DNA of 64,000 nucleotides from an uncultured Chryseobacterium sp. (GTDB lineage Bacteria; Bacteroidota; Bacteroidia; Flavobacteriales; Weeksellaceae): NCBI RefSeq assembly GCF_913778085.1, contig NZ_CAJYXJ010000008.1; one strand, 5' to 3'. Shown piece by piece: positions 10,237 to 20,975 of this stretch (position 1 is its first letter; each line of letters starts with the position of its first letter). The notes under the pieces were generated by a model. It saw only the letters and a program-made list of their open reading frames with translations, ran no database searches and was not told where the DNA came from. The position numbers and the translations under genes were made by a program.

Positions 10237-11400
10237 TCACTTTAAATAAGTTTTTTTATCTATTTTAAAATCAATTATTTCACCACCTCGATTTACCCTT
10301 ACCGTAATTATCTTCTGATCCCTTTCCACGCGGTTCATAAAATAATGGCATACCGCCTCTCCATCGAGATGATCCAGCATAACACCGTTGATACTTACAA
10401 TAGAATCACCAATTTTTAAAGGGAAATTTTCATCTTTAAAAATAAAAGCAACCACCGGTTTCCTCTCTACAAAACGATAAGTAAAGCCGAAAGATTCCAG
10501 CCTGGGAGGATTATTGCGGATCGGCTTCAGGTAAATTCGGTTATTTTTCCAGTCCAGAATAAAAGAAAAATCCCGGAGAAATTCATTTCCGATAAGATTT
10601 GAAGTACCCGTTGAGACAATCTCATCAGTAAAAATCTTATTTCCCAGGGTGAGTGAATCAAGCCGGAAAACAGCTCCTGCCGCCGGTACTGCCGCACCGA
10701 ATGCTCCCGTCGAATGAGTACCGAAAGTTTCTATTCTACGGACTGCTTTGGCTGGATCAAAATCTTTTTCGGTAATTTCGAATCTGCCGGAAAATCCGGT
10801 ATCAAATGTAAGTTCGATATTCTTATTCCAAAATGGAGTTTTTATGACGGGGGTTTTCTGAGACCTCTGCTCAAAAGGCAAAATAACGGGATAATCTTTC
10901 GGATCGAAAAGGGAAAGATCAGCGGTGGCTTCCAAAGTATTTTCCGAATAATTGACCCTCCAGAAAAGCTTGGCCATCTGATTGGCCCCAATGATTCCAT
11001 CTACTTTCAGACAGCTCAGCTCGGAAGAATTAAGATCCAGTACGATTGTACCTATATTCTTGAAAATCAATTGGTCAACAGTCATTTCCGGAAGTTCAGT
11101 AAAGATCTGTTGCTGTTTGCTGTTATTGGAATCCCCGACAAATTTTTTATATTTTTCCTTCAGTTTTAGCTCATGATAGATGGTACTGGAAATTACCGTG
11201 GGTGCCCCGGAATCAAACAGAAAATTGTAGACCTTCCCATTGATGCCCACCTTTACAAATGGCAGGTTGTTCTCAAACCTCAGGTTGATCTTTTCGACGG
11301 GATGCTGAAGCTGTACTTCTCCTCTGGCAAAAAATTTTTTATTTTGCGCATATGTTGTTATCATTGAAAGCAGGAAGAATGAATACAGAATCTTTTTCAT
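10237..11400 (-). CDS. Exported two-lobed aspartyl protease with C-terminal PDZ domain
   Basis: FLFDSGA and TFDTGF motifs, DGIIG and NLIG; C-terminal GDSIVSING. Confidence 0.88.
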   Translation of the reverse strand: MKKILYSFFLLSMITTYAQNKKFFARGEVQLQHPVEKINLRFENNLPFVKVGINGKVYNFLFDSGAPTVISSTIYHELKLKEKYKKFVGDSNNSKQQQIFTELPEMTVDQLIFKNIGTIVLDLNSSELSCLKVDGIIGANQMAKLFWRVNYSENTLEATADLSLFDPKDYPVILPFEQRSQKTPVIKTPFWNKNIELTFDTGFSGRFEITEKDFDPAKAVRRIETFGTHSTGAFGAAVPAAGAVFRLDSLTLGNKIFTDEIVSTGTSNLIGNEFLRDFSFILDWKNNRIYLKPIRNNPPRLESFGFTYRFVERKPVVAFIFKDENFPLKIGDSIVSINGVMLDHLDGEAVCHYFMNRVERDQKIITVRVNRGGEIIDFKIDKKTYLK

Positions 11401-11807
11401 GAGCTTATTTTACACGAAAATAAGCTTTTTTGAATGGATGGGAAAGTATTAGATTTCAGTGAAGGCTTAAGTCGTTTGATCAAATTCTATTAATGAACCT
11501 GCATCAGCCGTTGTCTTATCCTATTTATTCACAGTAACAAGGAGTCAAACTCTAAAAGTCTGCCTGAAGATCTATCTGATCTGAAATCCATGCTCTCCTT
11601 AGAACTCATTCAATACATTCCAACAGAATGAAACTTGTGCATAAAATTTTCCTGATTTAATTTTGGATTTTTATAGATGGTGAGTTTTGAAATCCTATAA
11701 TGTTTCATTAAAAAAAACGATCTGATCGTTGCGGCTATTCATATTTCCACTGAAAAACAACAAAAAAAGCCACCCGTTGGGCGGCTTCATAATCAAAAAA
11801 TCCGTTG

Positions 11808-12383
11808 TTAAATTTTATCCAGAATCTTCTTCGGCAATACTTTTACCAACTGGGATTTATATTCTTTTTCAAGAATGACAAACTTCCAGGTTTTACGGTC
11901 CTGGGAAATAGCGCATGCCCTCATTCCTGCATCAATGAAACAAGTTCCTTCTCCTGCCAGATATTTTACCCTGTTTTTACCGTATTTACGTACAAAAGCA
12001 GTATTAATCCTGTTTTTCATCTCATCGTTCATGGAGCTGACATTGCATTTCAGCGCAAAAAAGTAAGACGCAATGGCGAAATATTCGTTGCCGATCTTCT
12101 CAGATTTTCCAATGGTTCCGAACTTAAGATTGCTCATGTCAATCTTCATGAAAGGGTTGTTGTAGGTCATCATCAGGATCTGGATCATCTGCTCTTTTGG
12201 AACGATGGTAAAGAATTTCGGATAAATAAAGTTCATCCCTTGCTCAATCTTTTTTTCTCTAATGTTGTTTACAAATCCCGTGAGCGATTTTTTAATGGCA
12301 GCATCGTCAGGATTCTGCTGGGCTTTGGTAAAGCTTAAGGGAGAAAGCAGCACAAACAGGAATAAGAATGACCTGATCTTCAT
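11808..12383 (-). CDS. Exported hypothetical protein
   Basis: Signal peptide, 191 aa, 24 nt downstream of the FG-GAP gene. Confidence 0.8.
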   Translation of the reverse strand: MKIRSFLFLFVLLSPLSFTKAQQNPDDAAIKKSLTGFVNNIREKKIEQGMNFIYPKFFTIVPKEQMIQILMMTYNNPFMKIDMSNLKFGTIGKSEKIGNEYFAIASYFFALKCNVSSMNDEMKNRINTAFVRKYGKNRVKYLAGEGTCFIDAGMRACAISQDRKTWKFVILEKEYKSQLVKVLPKKILDKI

Positions 12384-12407
12384 TATAATGGTTATTAAAA
12401 TTCTGAA

Positions 12408-13811
12408 TTATTTTTTAATAAAAGAAGTCATGATATGCCCGCTGTTCTTTACCGTACGCAAGCCTACCATATATTTTCCGGCTGGCAGATCTCTTACATC
12501 AATCTCATTTCCGGACAGGCTTCCTAAAGCAATCATTCTTCCGGATGCATCGTAAAGCTCGTATCGGTTTACCTGCACCTCTCCTTTTATTCTGATAAAA
12601 TCAGTCGCAGGATTAGGATAAATTGTTACACCGTATACCTTTTCCGTTTTATCTACAGACAGAACTGCGCTGGTATTGTATAAAATATCCAGCCCTACAT
12701 TATAATCGGCAATAACAACATCTTTTTTCCCGTCGCTGTTGATGTCGCCTACCGCAAGCCCGTCTTCATTATAACTGGAAGCATAGGCTACCGGAAAAAG
12801 CTGATACCCGTTAACATAATTTCCGGAGACGTTCTGGGAATATACCGTTACCCTGCTCCAGCCTCCATGAACAGCCACGATTTCATTTTTACCGTCGTTG
12901 TTGAGATCTGCCACCCTTAAAGCATCCGGCAGCTCATAAGCAGGCATTTCCCCCTGATCCGCATACACTGAACTTCCCGTTACCTGATGCAGAATCCTGA
13001 CCTTTGAAGTTCCGTTCGGTCCTCTGCATAAAAGAAGGTCCTGCTTTCCGTCATTATTTACGTCACCGAGCGTCATGCCGTCGTAGGTCTGTCCGGTATC
13101 TAAAACGACAGGACTTGGATTCATAGTATTTCCGGTTGAAAAATACGTATATACTTTCTTAAGATTTGGAATATGGATTACGAGATCATTGCTGCTGTCA
13201 CTGTTCATATCGGCAATTTCCATCATTGGTGCCGGATAAAAATAGGCATTGGCGGGTTTTGGAATACTTATACCCTGAAAAGTGCCCGCCGTATTCTGCT
13301 GATAAAGAACCTGAATATTCTGCCAGGTGGAAAGGATGATGTCATTTCTTCCGTCACGGTTCATATCGGCAATCCTTACCCTTTCAAGGGTTTCTGTCAG
13401 CGGAGTGGAAACAATAGGATTTAATGTTCCTGAGGCATTTTGATAAAATACTCCGTAAAAAGATGACGGCGACTTTATTCCGACGATAATATCATTTTTT
13501 CCGTCCTGGTTGAGATCGCCGATGTCAATAGAACCGATGATCTTATAATCGGTAGCATAAGGGTATCTCACAGGTGCATCTAATGTTCCGTTTGCATTCT
13601 GCAGGTAGACAAGGATGGAATGGTCGTTGACACTCGAACCGTAGGCCTGAAGTCCGAGAACCACATCGTTCCGGCCGTCATTGTTTACATCTCCGATCTT
13701 TACTACTTCCGGCCAGGATCCGGTCCATTTGTTTTCATAAGGCAAAAAACTGATCTGGCTGAAAGATTTGGAAAAAGCCAGCAGAAGGAATACAAAGTAT
13801 TTGTTTTTCAT
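12408..13811 (-). CDS. FG-GAP/VCBS repeat protein with T9SS type A C-terminal domain
   Basis: Repeated GDVNNDGxxD motifs; C-terminal IYPNPAT...LYDASGR...GKY...FIKK. Confidence 0.92.
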   Translation of the reverse strand: MKNKYFVFLLLAFSKSFSQISFLPYENKWTGSWPEVVKIGDVNNDGRNDVVLGLQAYGSSVNDHSILVYLQNANGTLDAPVRYPYATDYKIIGSIDIGDLNQDGKNDIIVGIKSPSSFYGVFYQNASGTLNPIVSTPLTETLERVRIADMNRDGRNDIILSTWQNIQVLYQQNTAGTFQGISIPKPANAYFYPAPMMEIADMNSDSSNDLVIHIPNLKKVYTYFSTGNTMNPSPVVLDTGQTYDGMTLGDVNNDGKQDLLLCRGPNGTSKVRILHQVTGSSVYADQGEMPAYELPDALRVADLNNDGKNEIVAVHGGWSRVTVYSQNVSGNYVNGYQLFPVAYASSYNEDGLAVGDINSDGKKDVVIADYNVGLDILYNTSAVLSVDKTEKVYGVTIYPNPATDFIRIKGEVQVNRYELYDASGRMIALGSLSGNEIDVRDLPAGKYMVGLRTVKNSGHIMTSFIKK

Positions 13812-13881
13812 GGTTAATTGATTTTATGATAATGCTAAAAAAGCCATCCTTACGGACGGCTTTTTTTATATAAAATTCTGA

Positions 13882-14997
13882 TTATTTTACTTTTACCAGT
13901 TCTACATCAAAAACCAGCCATGCATTTGGCGGGATCACCCCTCCTGCACCTCTTTCTCCGTAACCCATTGCCGGCGGAATCAGTAAAGTAGCTGTTTCAC
14001 CTTCTTTCAATAAGAGGATTCCTTCATCCCATCCTTTGATCACCCTTCCCATTCCGATTGGAATTTCGATCGGTTCATTTCTTTTGAATGAAGAATCGAA
14101 CTCTGTTCCGTCAACTAATTTTCCTGCATAGTGTACAGAAACATTGTCTCCTGCTTTCGGCGCTTTTCCGTCCGTTGTTTTGGTAATTTTGTAATAAAGT
14201 CCGGATTCGGTTTTCTGCATTCCAGCTTTCAGGTTTTCTACCATTTTTTCCTGGTTCGCTTTGAATTCTTCATCCTTTCTCTTTTTTTCAGCTTCTTCTT
14301 TTGCAGCAGCTGCTTTGTTGTTCTCAGCGATTTTTGCTTTTCCTTCAGTGAAAGTTTTTGCGGGATCGTAGTTTTTGTATTCGTCTCCTTTGCTGAAAAC
14401 CGAAACCTTTTCTAAAACGATATCGGTTTTAGGCTTGTCCTGAGGGCCTTTCTCTACATTTGCAATTGCATCGATCACCTCTTCTCCTTTTACCACTTTC
14501 CCGAAGATCGTGTGCCTTCCGTCCAGCCAAGGAGTAGCAACCTCGGTGATGAAGAATTGGGAACCGTTGGTATTCGGTCCTGAATTGGCCATGGAAAGGA
14601 TTCCTTTTCCGGTATGCTTCAGATCGTTTCTTTCATCCTCGAATTTATATCCGGGATCTCCCATCCCTGTTCCCTGAGGATCACCTCCCTGGATCATGAA
14701 ATCCTTGATCACCCTGTGGAAAATAGTTCCGTCATAATAAGGAACTCCTTTCGCTTTTGCTTTGTTATCGATTTTACCTTCTGCAAGTCCGATAAAGTTA
14801 GCTACCGTTACAGGGGCTTTTTTGTCTTCAAACTTTACAATCATATTTCCTTTTGTGGTCTGAAGGTTTGCGTAAAGTCCGTCATGAAGACCTTCGTAAG
14901 TTTCTTTGTCTACGTTCATTTTTTTATAAATTGGTGTACAACTCATCAGCGATACACTTGCCGCTGCCAGAATTATATTTTTGTTAAACAATTTCAT
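13882..14997 (-). CDS. Peptidyl-prolyl isomerase, cyclophilin plus FKBP fusion, lipoprotein
   Basis: FHRVIKDFMIQGGDP, NGSQFFIT; C-terminal HYAG, VIKGWDEG, FDVEL; lipobox LMSC. Confidence 0.95.
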   Translation of the reverse strand: MKLFNKNIILAAASVSLMSCTPIYKKMNVDKETYEGLHDGLYANLQTTKGNMIVKFEDKKAPVTVANFIGLAEGKIDNKAKAKGVPYYDGTIFHRVIKDFMIQGGDPQGTGMGDPGYKFEDERNDLKHTGKGILSMANSGPNTNGSQFFITEVATPWLDGRHTIFGKVVKGEEVIDAIANVEKGPQDKPKTDIVLEKVSVFSKGDEYKNYDPAKTFTEGKAKIAENNKAAAAKEEAEKKRKDEEFKANQEKMVENLKAGMQKTESGLYYKITKTTDGKAPKAGDNVSVHYAGKLVDGTEFDSSFKRNEPIEIPIGMGRVIKGWDEGILLLKEGETATLLIPPAMGYGERGAGGVIPPNAWLVFDVELVKVK

Positions 14998-15000
14998 GGA

Positions 15001-15510
15001 TTATAATGCTTTTAATTTTATAATTAAAGGAATATCATTATCGATCTTCTTTTCGTCGCCATACGTTCCATATGCTAAAGCCGAAGGAACCAGCAGGGTA
15101 ACTTCTTCACCGTCGTGGATAAAACGCAAAGCATCTTCCACCGCCTTCAGTTCATCAAAATGCCCGAATTTGGCATCTCTTCTCCCGATCGGCTGTTCGT
15201 AGATTTTGGTCTGGTCAAAATCATAAAGATCATAAGAGTAGGAAATAAGGGTATTGTCTTGCCTTCTTTGCCGTTGGTCGAATCCCTGGGCATCGGTCCA
15301 GTAATTGAGCTGGGTCGGATAAAACTTGATGGGCTGCCCGCTGATCCAGTCCTGGATCTGTGTTCTTTCCAGCGTATTCAGATTTTTCATCCTGTTACGG
15401 GAAACCTCAAGATCGTTCTTGCTGAGAACACCGCCTACAGGAGGATGGGTCTGTGCATTTTTACTGCAGCTGACAATCCCCAATACTGATATGAAGAGTA
15501 TTTTTTTCAT
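15001..15510 (-). CDS. gldI: GldI-like FKBP-type PPIase lipoprotein
   Basis: Lipobox IVSC; C-terminal PSALAYGTYGDEKKI; adjacent to the PPIase as in Flavobacteriia. Confidence 0.7.
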   Translation of the reverse strand: MKKILFISVLGIVSCSKNAQTHPPVGGVLSKNDLEVSRNRMKNLNTLERTQIQDWISGQPIKFYPTQLNYWTDAQGFDQRQRRQDNTLISYSYDLYDFDQTKIYEQPIGRRDAKFGHFDELKAVEDALRFIHDGEEVTLLVPSALAYGTYGDEKKIDNDIPLIIKLKAL

Positions 15511-15647
15511 AAACTTTTGCGAAAATACACATTTCGGGAATCATTCACAAAACTTGGGACCAAAGTTTGATGATTTTCACTGTCACTACCGCAAAAATAA
15601 AAAGCCGGAAAAACTCCCGGCCCTATGTTTATTATTGAATGCTGAAA

Positions 15648-16718
15648 TTAAACGGTTTCCAGGACATGGTCCACCTTTACCCTCCATCCGAAAGGATCAT
15701 CAGATAGGTTGGTCTGAAGATTTACCAGGTCATTTTTAAGGATTACGGCAAAGCTTTCTTCATCGGATAATCTTGGCAATTCAAGTTTCTCCCCATTATA
15801 TCCTAAAGCCTGGAATACCGTAGTTACCACTGCGGTTCCGACGCCCCAAACTTCTTTAAGGGTTCCGTTTTTCTGCGCTTCAACAACATCTTTTACTTTA
15901 ATCGGCTCCACTTTCACATCAATTCCCCTCTGCTTAGCCAATTGAATAAAACTGTCTCTGGTTACCCCGTCAAGGATTTTCTCAGAAGTTGGCGGCGTAT
16001 AAATGGTATCGTTGATTCTCACAAATACGTTCATTGTTCCGCTCTCTTCAAAATATTCGTGCGTAGCATCGTCCGTCCAGATAATCTGCTCATATCCTTC
16101 CTCAATCGCTAGCTGCGTAGGATAGAAAGAAGCGGCGTAATTTCCGGCTGCTTTGGCAGAACCTACGCCACCGCTTGCCGCTCTGGAATAATGGTCTGAT
16201 ATTTTTACGGAAACCGGCTCCGTGTAATACATTTTGGCCGGCGTTGCCACAATGGCAAACATATATTTATTAGCGACTCTCGCCTTCAGTGCTTCTTCAG
16301 TTGCGAAAATCAACGGTCTTATATAAAGAGACATCCCTTCTCCGTAAGGGATCCAGTCTCTGTCTGCATCCACCAAAGCTTTCAGCCCGTCTATAAACAT
16401 TTCTTCTGTTACTTCAGGCATGGCAAGACGTTTCGCCGATTTATTGATACGTTCAAAATTCTTTTCGGGCCTGAAAAGGAAAACCTGTCCGTCTTTGTCT
16501 TTATAGGCTTTCATGCCTTCAAAACAAGCCTGTCCGTAGTTCACCCCCATCATCGCAGGAGTAAATTGTAAAGGGCCATAAGGAACCAATTTTACATCAC
16601 CCCACTTTCCGTCTTCGTACTCACAGATGATCATATGATCGATGAATGTGTTTCCGAATGAGAAGTTGTTGGGATCGAATGTAGAAATTCGGGAGTTTTC
16701 AGTTTTTTGAATTATCAT
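15648..16718 (-). CDS. ilvE: Branched-chain amino acid aminotransferase
   Basis: YGQACFEGMKA, LYIRP, KAAGNY, EESGTMN, ILDGVTR, GTA. Confidence 0.96.
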   Translation of the reverse strand: MIIQKTENSRISTFDPNNFSFGNTFIDHMIICEYEDGKWGDVKLVPYGPLQFTPAMMGVNYGQACFEGMKAYKDKDGQVFLFRPEKNFERINKSAKRLAMPEVTEEMFIDGLKALVDADRDWIPYGEGMSLYIRPLIFATEEALKARVANKYMFAIVATPAKMYYTEPVSVKISDHYSRAASGGVGSAKAAGNYAASFYPTQLAIEEGYEQIIWTDDATHEYFEESGTMNVFVRINDTIYTPPTSEKILDGVTRDSFIQLAKQRGIDVKVEPIKVKDVVEAQKNGTLKEVWGVGTAVVTTVFQALGYNGEKLELPRLSDEESFAVILKNDLVNLQTNLSDDPFGWRVKVDHVLETV

Positions 16719-16802
16719 TTCTAAAATTTTTTATGAGGTTCTACAAATTTAATATAATTTTCTAAATATAAAAATTTTAGAGTAAATTTGTAAAAAAATA
16801 GC

Positions 16803-17477
16803 TTGAAAAGAGAAATTAAGACCACCAATGACGGCAGCAAAACGCTGTTTATCAATGAATTGAATGAAAATTACCATTCACACCATGGTGCATTACAGGA
16901 AGCAGAACATGTGTTTATTAAAAATGGATTAAATCTAATAAATGATTACGAAATTAATATTTTAGAACTCGGTTTTGGAACAGGTTTGAATGTTTTGGTT
17001 ACAATTAATGAATATTTAAAAACTGACAAAAGTCATGTCATCAACTATTTTACTCTTGAAAAGTATCCCATAAACCAGTCGGAAATTGACGATTTGGCGT
17101 ATTTTGAATTATTTGATGATCCTGAATTCAGAAATATTTATCATAAAATTCATCTCGCCGATTGGGCAGAATCAACTGAAATCATTAACGGCTTTAACTT
17201 AAAAAAGATAGAATGCGACTTTTTCGAGCTGAAAAACATAGACTTACCGAAAATCAATCTTGTTTATTATGACTGCTTTGGCGCAAGAGTTCAGCCGGAT
17301 CTTTGGGAAAAGCCTCTGTTTGAAATGGTTTCTGACAAAATGGCGGTTAACGGTTTGTTAACGACCTACTCTTCCAAAGGCAGCGTCCGAAGGATCCTCC
17401 AGGAAATTAATTTCCAAGTAGAAAAAAAACAGGGTCCGCCGGGGAAAAGAGAGATGATTAATGCGGTTAAATTGTGA
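16803..17477 (+). CDS. mnmD: tRNA mnm5s2U34 methyltransferase
   Basis: ILELGFGTGLN, YYDCFG, PDLW, GPPGKREM. Confidence 0.9.
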   Translation: MKREIKTTNDGSKTLFINELNENYHSHHGALQEAEHVFIKNGLNLINDYEINILELGFGTGLNVLVTINEYLKTDKSHVINYFTLEKYPINQSEIDDLAYFELFDDPEFRNIYHKIHLADWAESTEIINGFNLKKIECDFFELKNIDLPKINLVYYDCFGARVQPDLWEKPLFEMVSDKMAVNGLLTTYSSKGSVRRILQEINFQVEKKQGPPGKREMINAVKL

Positions 17478-17668
17478 GATGGAGGCTGCATGATGGAAGC
17501 TGGAAGTTTATTGCTGTCTGGTTATCATCTGAGTGTATATATATAAATCTTTACTAGTAATAAAAAAGATCATCAGGCATATTTTAATTGCATATTTTAC
17601 TTTCAAAGCGAATACTAAATTAATACTCCAAGTTATCAAAATTAGTAAATAACAAATACCATGAATAG

Positions 17669-17751
17669 AAATGGGCTTCAGCCCATTTAATACAGATTAA
17701 TATTAGATTGGCTTTAGCCGAAAGTTATTACAGACTTCGGTTAAAGCCAAT
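17669..17751. repeat. REP-like palindrome cluster (GGCTnnAGCC core)
   Basis: aaatgggc-ttca-gcccattt at 17669-17688; attggctttagccgaa (17707-17722) inverted with ttcggttaaagccaat (17736-17751). Confidence 0.7.
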
Positions 17752-17930
17752 TTTCATTAGCGGTAAGAACATAGACATCCTTCTGGCAAGCACCCCCTTT
17801 GCAATCTAAAGATTTTGGTTAATATCATGATGCCTTAAATAGTATCAATGGCAAAGCCTTCAACTTCCTGCGTTCATCATTCCGCCCGTTTCATCTAAAA
17901 TTCCTACATTAGCCCTACAAATTATTAGAT

Positions 17931-18347
17931 ATGATAGACAAGATCAACATCAGGGTATATGCCTGCGCGGTGAAGGATAAGAAAGTATTGACTTTGTTTG
18001 AAGAATATGCCGGCGAACCTTTGATGAAGTTTCCGGGCGGCGGACTGGAATTTGGGGAAGGATTAATAGATTGCCTACATCGTGAATTCGATGAAGAGCT
18101 GAATGTAAAAATAGAAATCGTTGAACATTTTTATACTCAGGAAGGTTTTCTGGTATCGCGTTTCAGGGAAAACGAACAGCTGCTTACCATTTATTATATC
18201 GTTAATATCATCAACGAACAGGATTTCCTTATTCTCGATCCATGTATCGAAAGAACGGAATGGGTGGATATCGACAGGCCGGACAATCCGTTTCCGCTAC
18301 CAGTGGACCAGATTGTTTTTGATAAATTAAAAGAAAAATTCCTGTAA
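17931..18347 (+). CDS. NUDIX hydrolase
   Basis: FPGGGLEFGEGLIDCLHREFDEE Nudix box. Confidence 0.92.
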   Translation: MIDKINIRVYACAVKDKKVLTLFEEYAGEPLMKFPGGGLEFGEGLIDCLHREFDEELNVKIEIVEHFYTQEGFLVSRFRENEQLLTIYYIVNIINEQDFLILDPCIERTEWVDIDRPDNPFPLPVDQIVFDKLKEKFL

Positions 18348-18375
18348 GTGATTACAGGAATTTTATGTTTATTAT

Positions 18376-19080
18376 TTATCTCGATACTCTAAAGGTATTT
18401 GCCCCGGGATAAGGCTGGAGGTAACCGGAATTCCAGTTGGACTGAAGCAATGACTCCAAGTATTCATCGGTACGGTTGCGGTGCGGATTATATTGGTCTT
18501 TTAAATCGATGTCAGCCATTTTACCTTTCACATTCCACCAGAATGCACTCCATCCTCCTCTTAATTCTTTAATGATTTCGTAAACATTTTTGCCGGTAGC
18601 CCGATTCATCAGTTTGGCAAAAACCTGTCCCTCGGTTGTAGTTAGGTCCCTGAGCTGCTTTTCATATTGATCAGCGAGGATATTCTGCCGGTCACGGATG
18701 TATTTCCTTTTGGATTTGTCGTCCATATTTGTCATTTCACCCTGAATGTCGCGGTATTGCTGTAAAGCAGTCACGAACAGCGGATAAACCCGGTAAAGCT
18801 TTTTATTAAGGAAGTAATAATAGTTTCTGTCCAGCTGGTTATTGAATTTCGGCTTATTCAATAAAACCAGTTCATCCATCACCACTACCGTTTCTCCATT
18901 GATCTCATAAATCTTTGCCTTCTGCCGCTCATCATAAAAATATTTATTTCCAAATTCGTCTGTTTTCAGCAATTCCTGAGGATATTGGCTTAACGGCTTT
19001 GCAATGACCGAATCTTTCTGACCGAAAATGCTTACCCCAAAAAAGAAAAGGAAAAGACAAATAATCTTACTAAATTTCAT
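18376..19080 (-). CDS. DUF4294 family protein
   Basis: Signal peptide from MKFSKIIC (start moved to 19080); LMNRATG, GGWSAFWWN. Confidence 0.82.
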   Translation of the reverse strand: MKFSKIICLFLFFFGVSIFGQKDSVIAKPLSQYPQELLKTDEFGNKYFYDERQKAKIYEINGETVVVMDELVLLNKPKFNNQLDRNYYYFLNKKLYRVYPLFVTALQQYRDIQGEMTNMDDKSKRKYIRDRQNILADQYEKQLRDLTTTEGQVFAKLMNRATGKNVYEIIKELRGGWSAFWWNVKGKMADIDLKDQYNPHRNRTDEYLESLLQSNWNSGYLQPYPGANTFRVSR

Positions 19081-19131
19081 TATTTTTACACTTATTAGAA
19101 CAAAAATTGAACGCAAAAATCATTCCTTTTT

Positions 19132-20205
19132 ATGAAATTTGAAAAGAAATCTTTAAAATTTTTAGAGAGATATTTAAACACGTCATCCCCAACAGGATAT
19201 GAACATGAAGGGCAAAAGATATGGATGGATTACATCCGTCCTTACGTTGATAAAGTGGAAGTGGACCATTATGGCACCTGCTATGGAATTATCAATCCGG
19301 AAGCTGAATTCAAAGTGGTGATTGAAGCCCATGCCGATGAGATTTCATGGTACGTGAACTATATTACGGATGACGGACTTATTTACGTAATCCGGAACGG
19401 AGGTTCCGATCAGACCATTGCTCCGTCTAAAGTCGTTCATATTCACGGCGAAAAGGGAATTGTAAAAGGCGTTTTCGGATGGCCGGCCATTCACACCAGA
19501 ACCAATCAGAACGAGCCGACCCCGAAAATTGAAAATATCTTCATCGATTGCGGGGCTACCTCCAAACAGGAGGTGGAAGATATAGGAATTTACGTAGGCT
19601 GCATGATTACCTATCCTGATGAATTCTTTGAAATGAACAACCGGTATTTTGTCTGCCGCGCGCTAGACAACCGGATCGGCGGATTCATGATTGCAGAAGT
19701 GGCAAGGCTTTTAAAGGAAAATAAAAAAAACATTCCTTTCGGTTTATATATCACCAATTCCGTTCAGGAGGAAGTGGGATTATACGGTGCAGATATGATT
19801 GCCGATACCATAAAGCCCAACATCGCCATTGTAACCGATGTTACCCATGACACCACCACCCCAATGATCGAGAAGAAAAAAGAAGGAGACCAGAAATGCG
19901 GAGCCGGACCGGTGGTTTTCTTTGCACCGAGCGTTCACCATACCATCCGTGAACTGATTATCCGGACGGCACAATCAAAGAACATTCCTTTCCAGCGGGC
20001 AGCAGCCAGCCGGGCAACGGGAACAGATACGGATGCTTTTGCCCACTCGAACGGCGGCGTACCTAGTGCATTAATTTCTTTACCGCTGAGGTATATGCAC
20101 ACCACGGTTGAAATGGTAGCTAAGGAAGATGTCAGTAATGTGATTCAGCTCATTTATGAAACGATCCTGGAAATCAAACCGGAAATGAAACTGAAATACC
20201 ACTAG
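19132..20205 (+). CDS. M42 family aminopeptidase
   Basis: SPTGYE, AHADEI, ALDNR, QEEVG, DVTH, GTD, RYMHT. From memory this family may carry the name ChrP in Chryseobacterium (unverified); no RiPP cluster is in the window. Confidence 0.9.
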   Translation: MKFEKKSLKFLERYLNTSSPTGYEHEGQKIWMDYIRPYVDKVEVDHYGTCYGIINPEAEFKVVIEAHADEISWYVNYITDDGLIYVIRNGGSDQTIAPSKVVHIHGEKGIVKGVFGWPAIHTRTNQNEPTPKIENIFIDCGATSKQEVEDIGIYVGCMITYPDEFFEMNNRYFVCRALDNRIGGFMIAEVARLLKENKKNIPFGLYITNSVQEEVGLYGADMIADTIKPNIAIVTDVTHDTTTPMIEKKKEGDQKCGAGPVVFFAPSVHHTIRELIIRTAQSKNIPFQRAAASRATGTDTDAFAHSNGGVPSALISLPLRYMHTTVEMVAKEDVSNVIQLIYETILEIKPEMKLKYH

Positions 20206-20274
20206 AATAAAATTGATAATTGATGTTAGGAATCCGTCTTTTAAATTTAATTCAAAGTAAACGATAAAAGTAAA

Positions 20275-20925
20275 ATGAAAACAAAGCTTATTGCTCCTTC
20301 TCTTTTAGCCGCAGATTTTGGCAACCTTCAACGGGATATAGAAATGCTGAATCATTCCCAGGCCGACTGGATCCACGTAGATGTAATGGATGGGAGATTT
20401 GTTCCGAACATCTCTTTCGGATTTCCGATGATGAAAACCGTTCAGCAGCACGCAAAGAAGTTTGTAGATGTACATCTGATGATCGTGGAACCTGAAAAGT
20501 ATGTGGAGGAATTTGTTAAACAAGGAGCAGATCTGGTATCCGTACATTATGAAGCCTGTACACATCTTCACCGGACGATTCACCACATTCAGGATCTGGG
20601 GGCAAAAGCGGGAGTTGTCTTAAATCCTTCCACACCGGTCCTCATGCTGGAAGACATCATCGCCGATGTTGATCTCGTTCTTTTGATGAGTGTTAACCCT
20701 GGATTCGGCGGCCAGAAATTCATTGGGAATACGTACAAAAAAATTGCGGAGACCAAAGACCTTATTCTGAGCAATAACTCTACGGCCTTAATTGAAGTGG
20801 ATGGCGGTGTAAATATCGACAATGCAGCAAAACTTTTTGACGCCGGGGCCGATGTGCTGGTAGCTGGAAATGCTGTATTTTCTGCGGAAAGCCCGGAGCG
20901 TACCATCGAACTGATGAAGATTTAA
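20275..20925 (+). CDS. rpe: Ribulose-phosphate 3-epimerase
   Basis: IAPSLLAAD, HVDVMDG, MSVNPGFGGQ, VDGG. Confidence 0.97.
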   Translation: MKTKLIAPSLLAADFGNLQRDIEMLNHSQADWIHVDVMDGRFVPNISFGFPMMKTVQQHAKKFVDVHLMIVEPEKYVEEFVKQGADLVSVHYEACTHLHRTIHHIQDLGAKAGVVLNPSTPVLMLEDIIADVDLVLLMSVNPGFGGQKFIGNTYKKIAETKDLILSNNSTALIEVDGGVNIDNAAKLFDAGADVLVAGNAVFSAESPERTIELMKI

Positions 20926-20946
20926 TATTTTCAGAATAAAATATAC

Positions 20947-20975
20947 AAAAAGGCAGTTCAAGGTAGAACTGCCTT
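20947..20975. terminator. Hairpin terminator with the stronger U-tract on the minus strand
   Basis: aaggcagttc-aaggta-gaactgcctt; A5 on the left, only cttcttt on the right. Confidence 0.8.
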
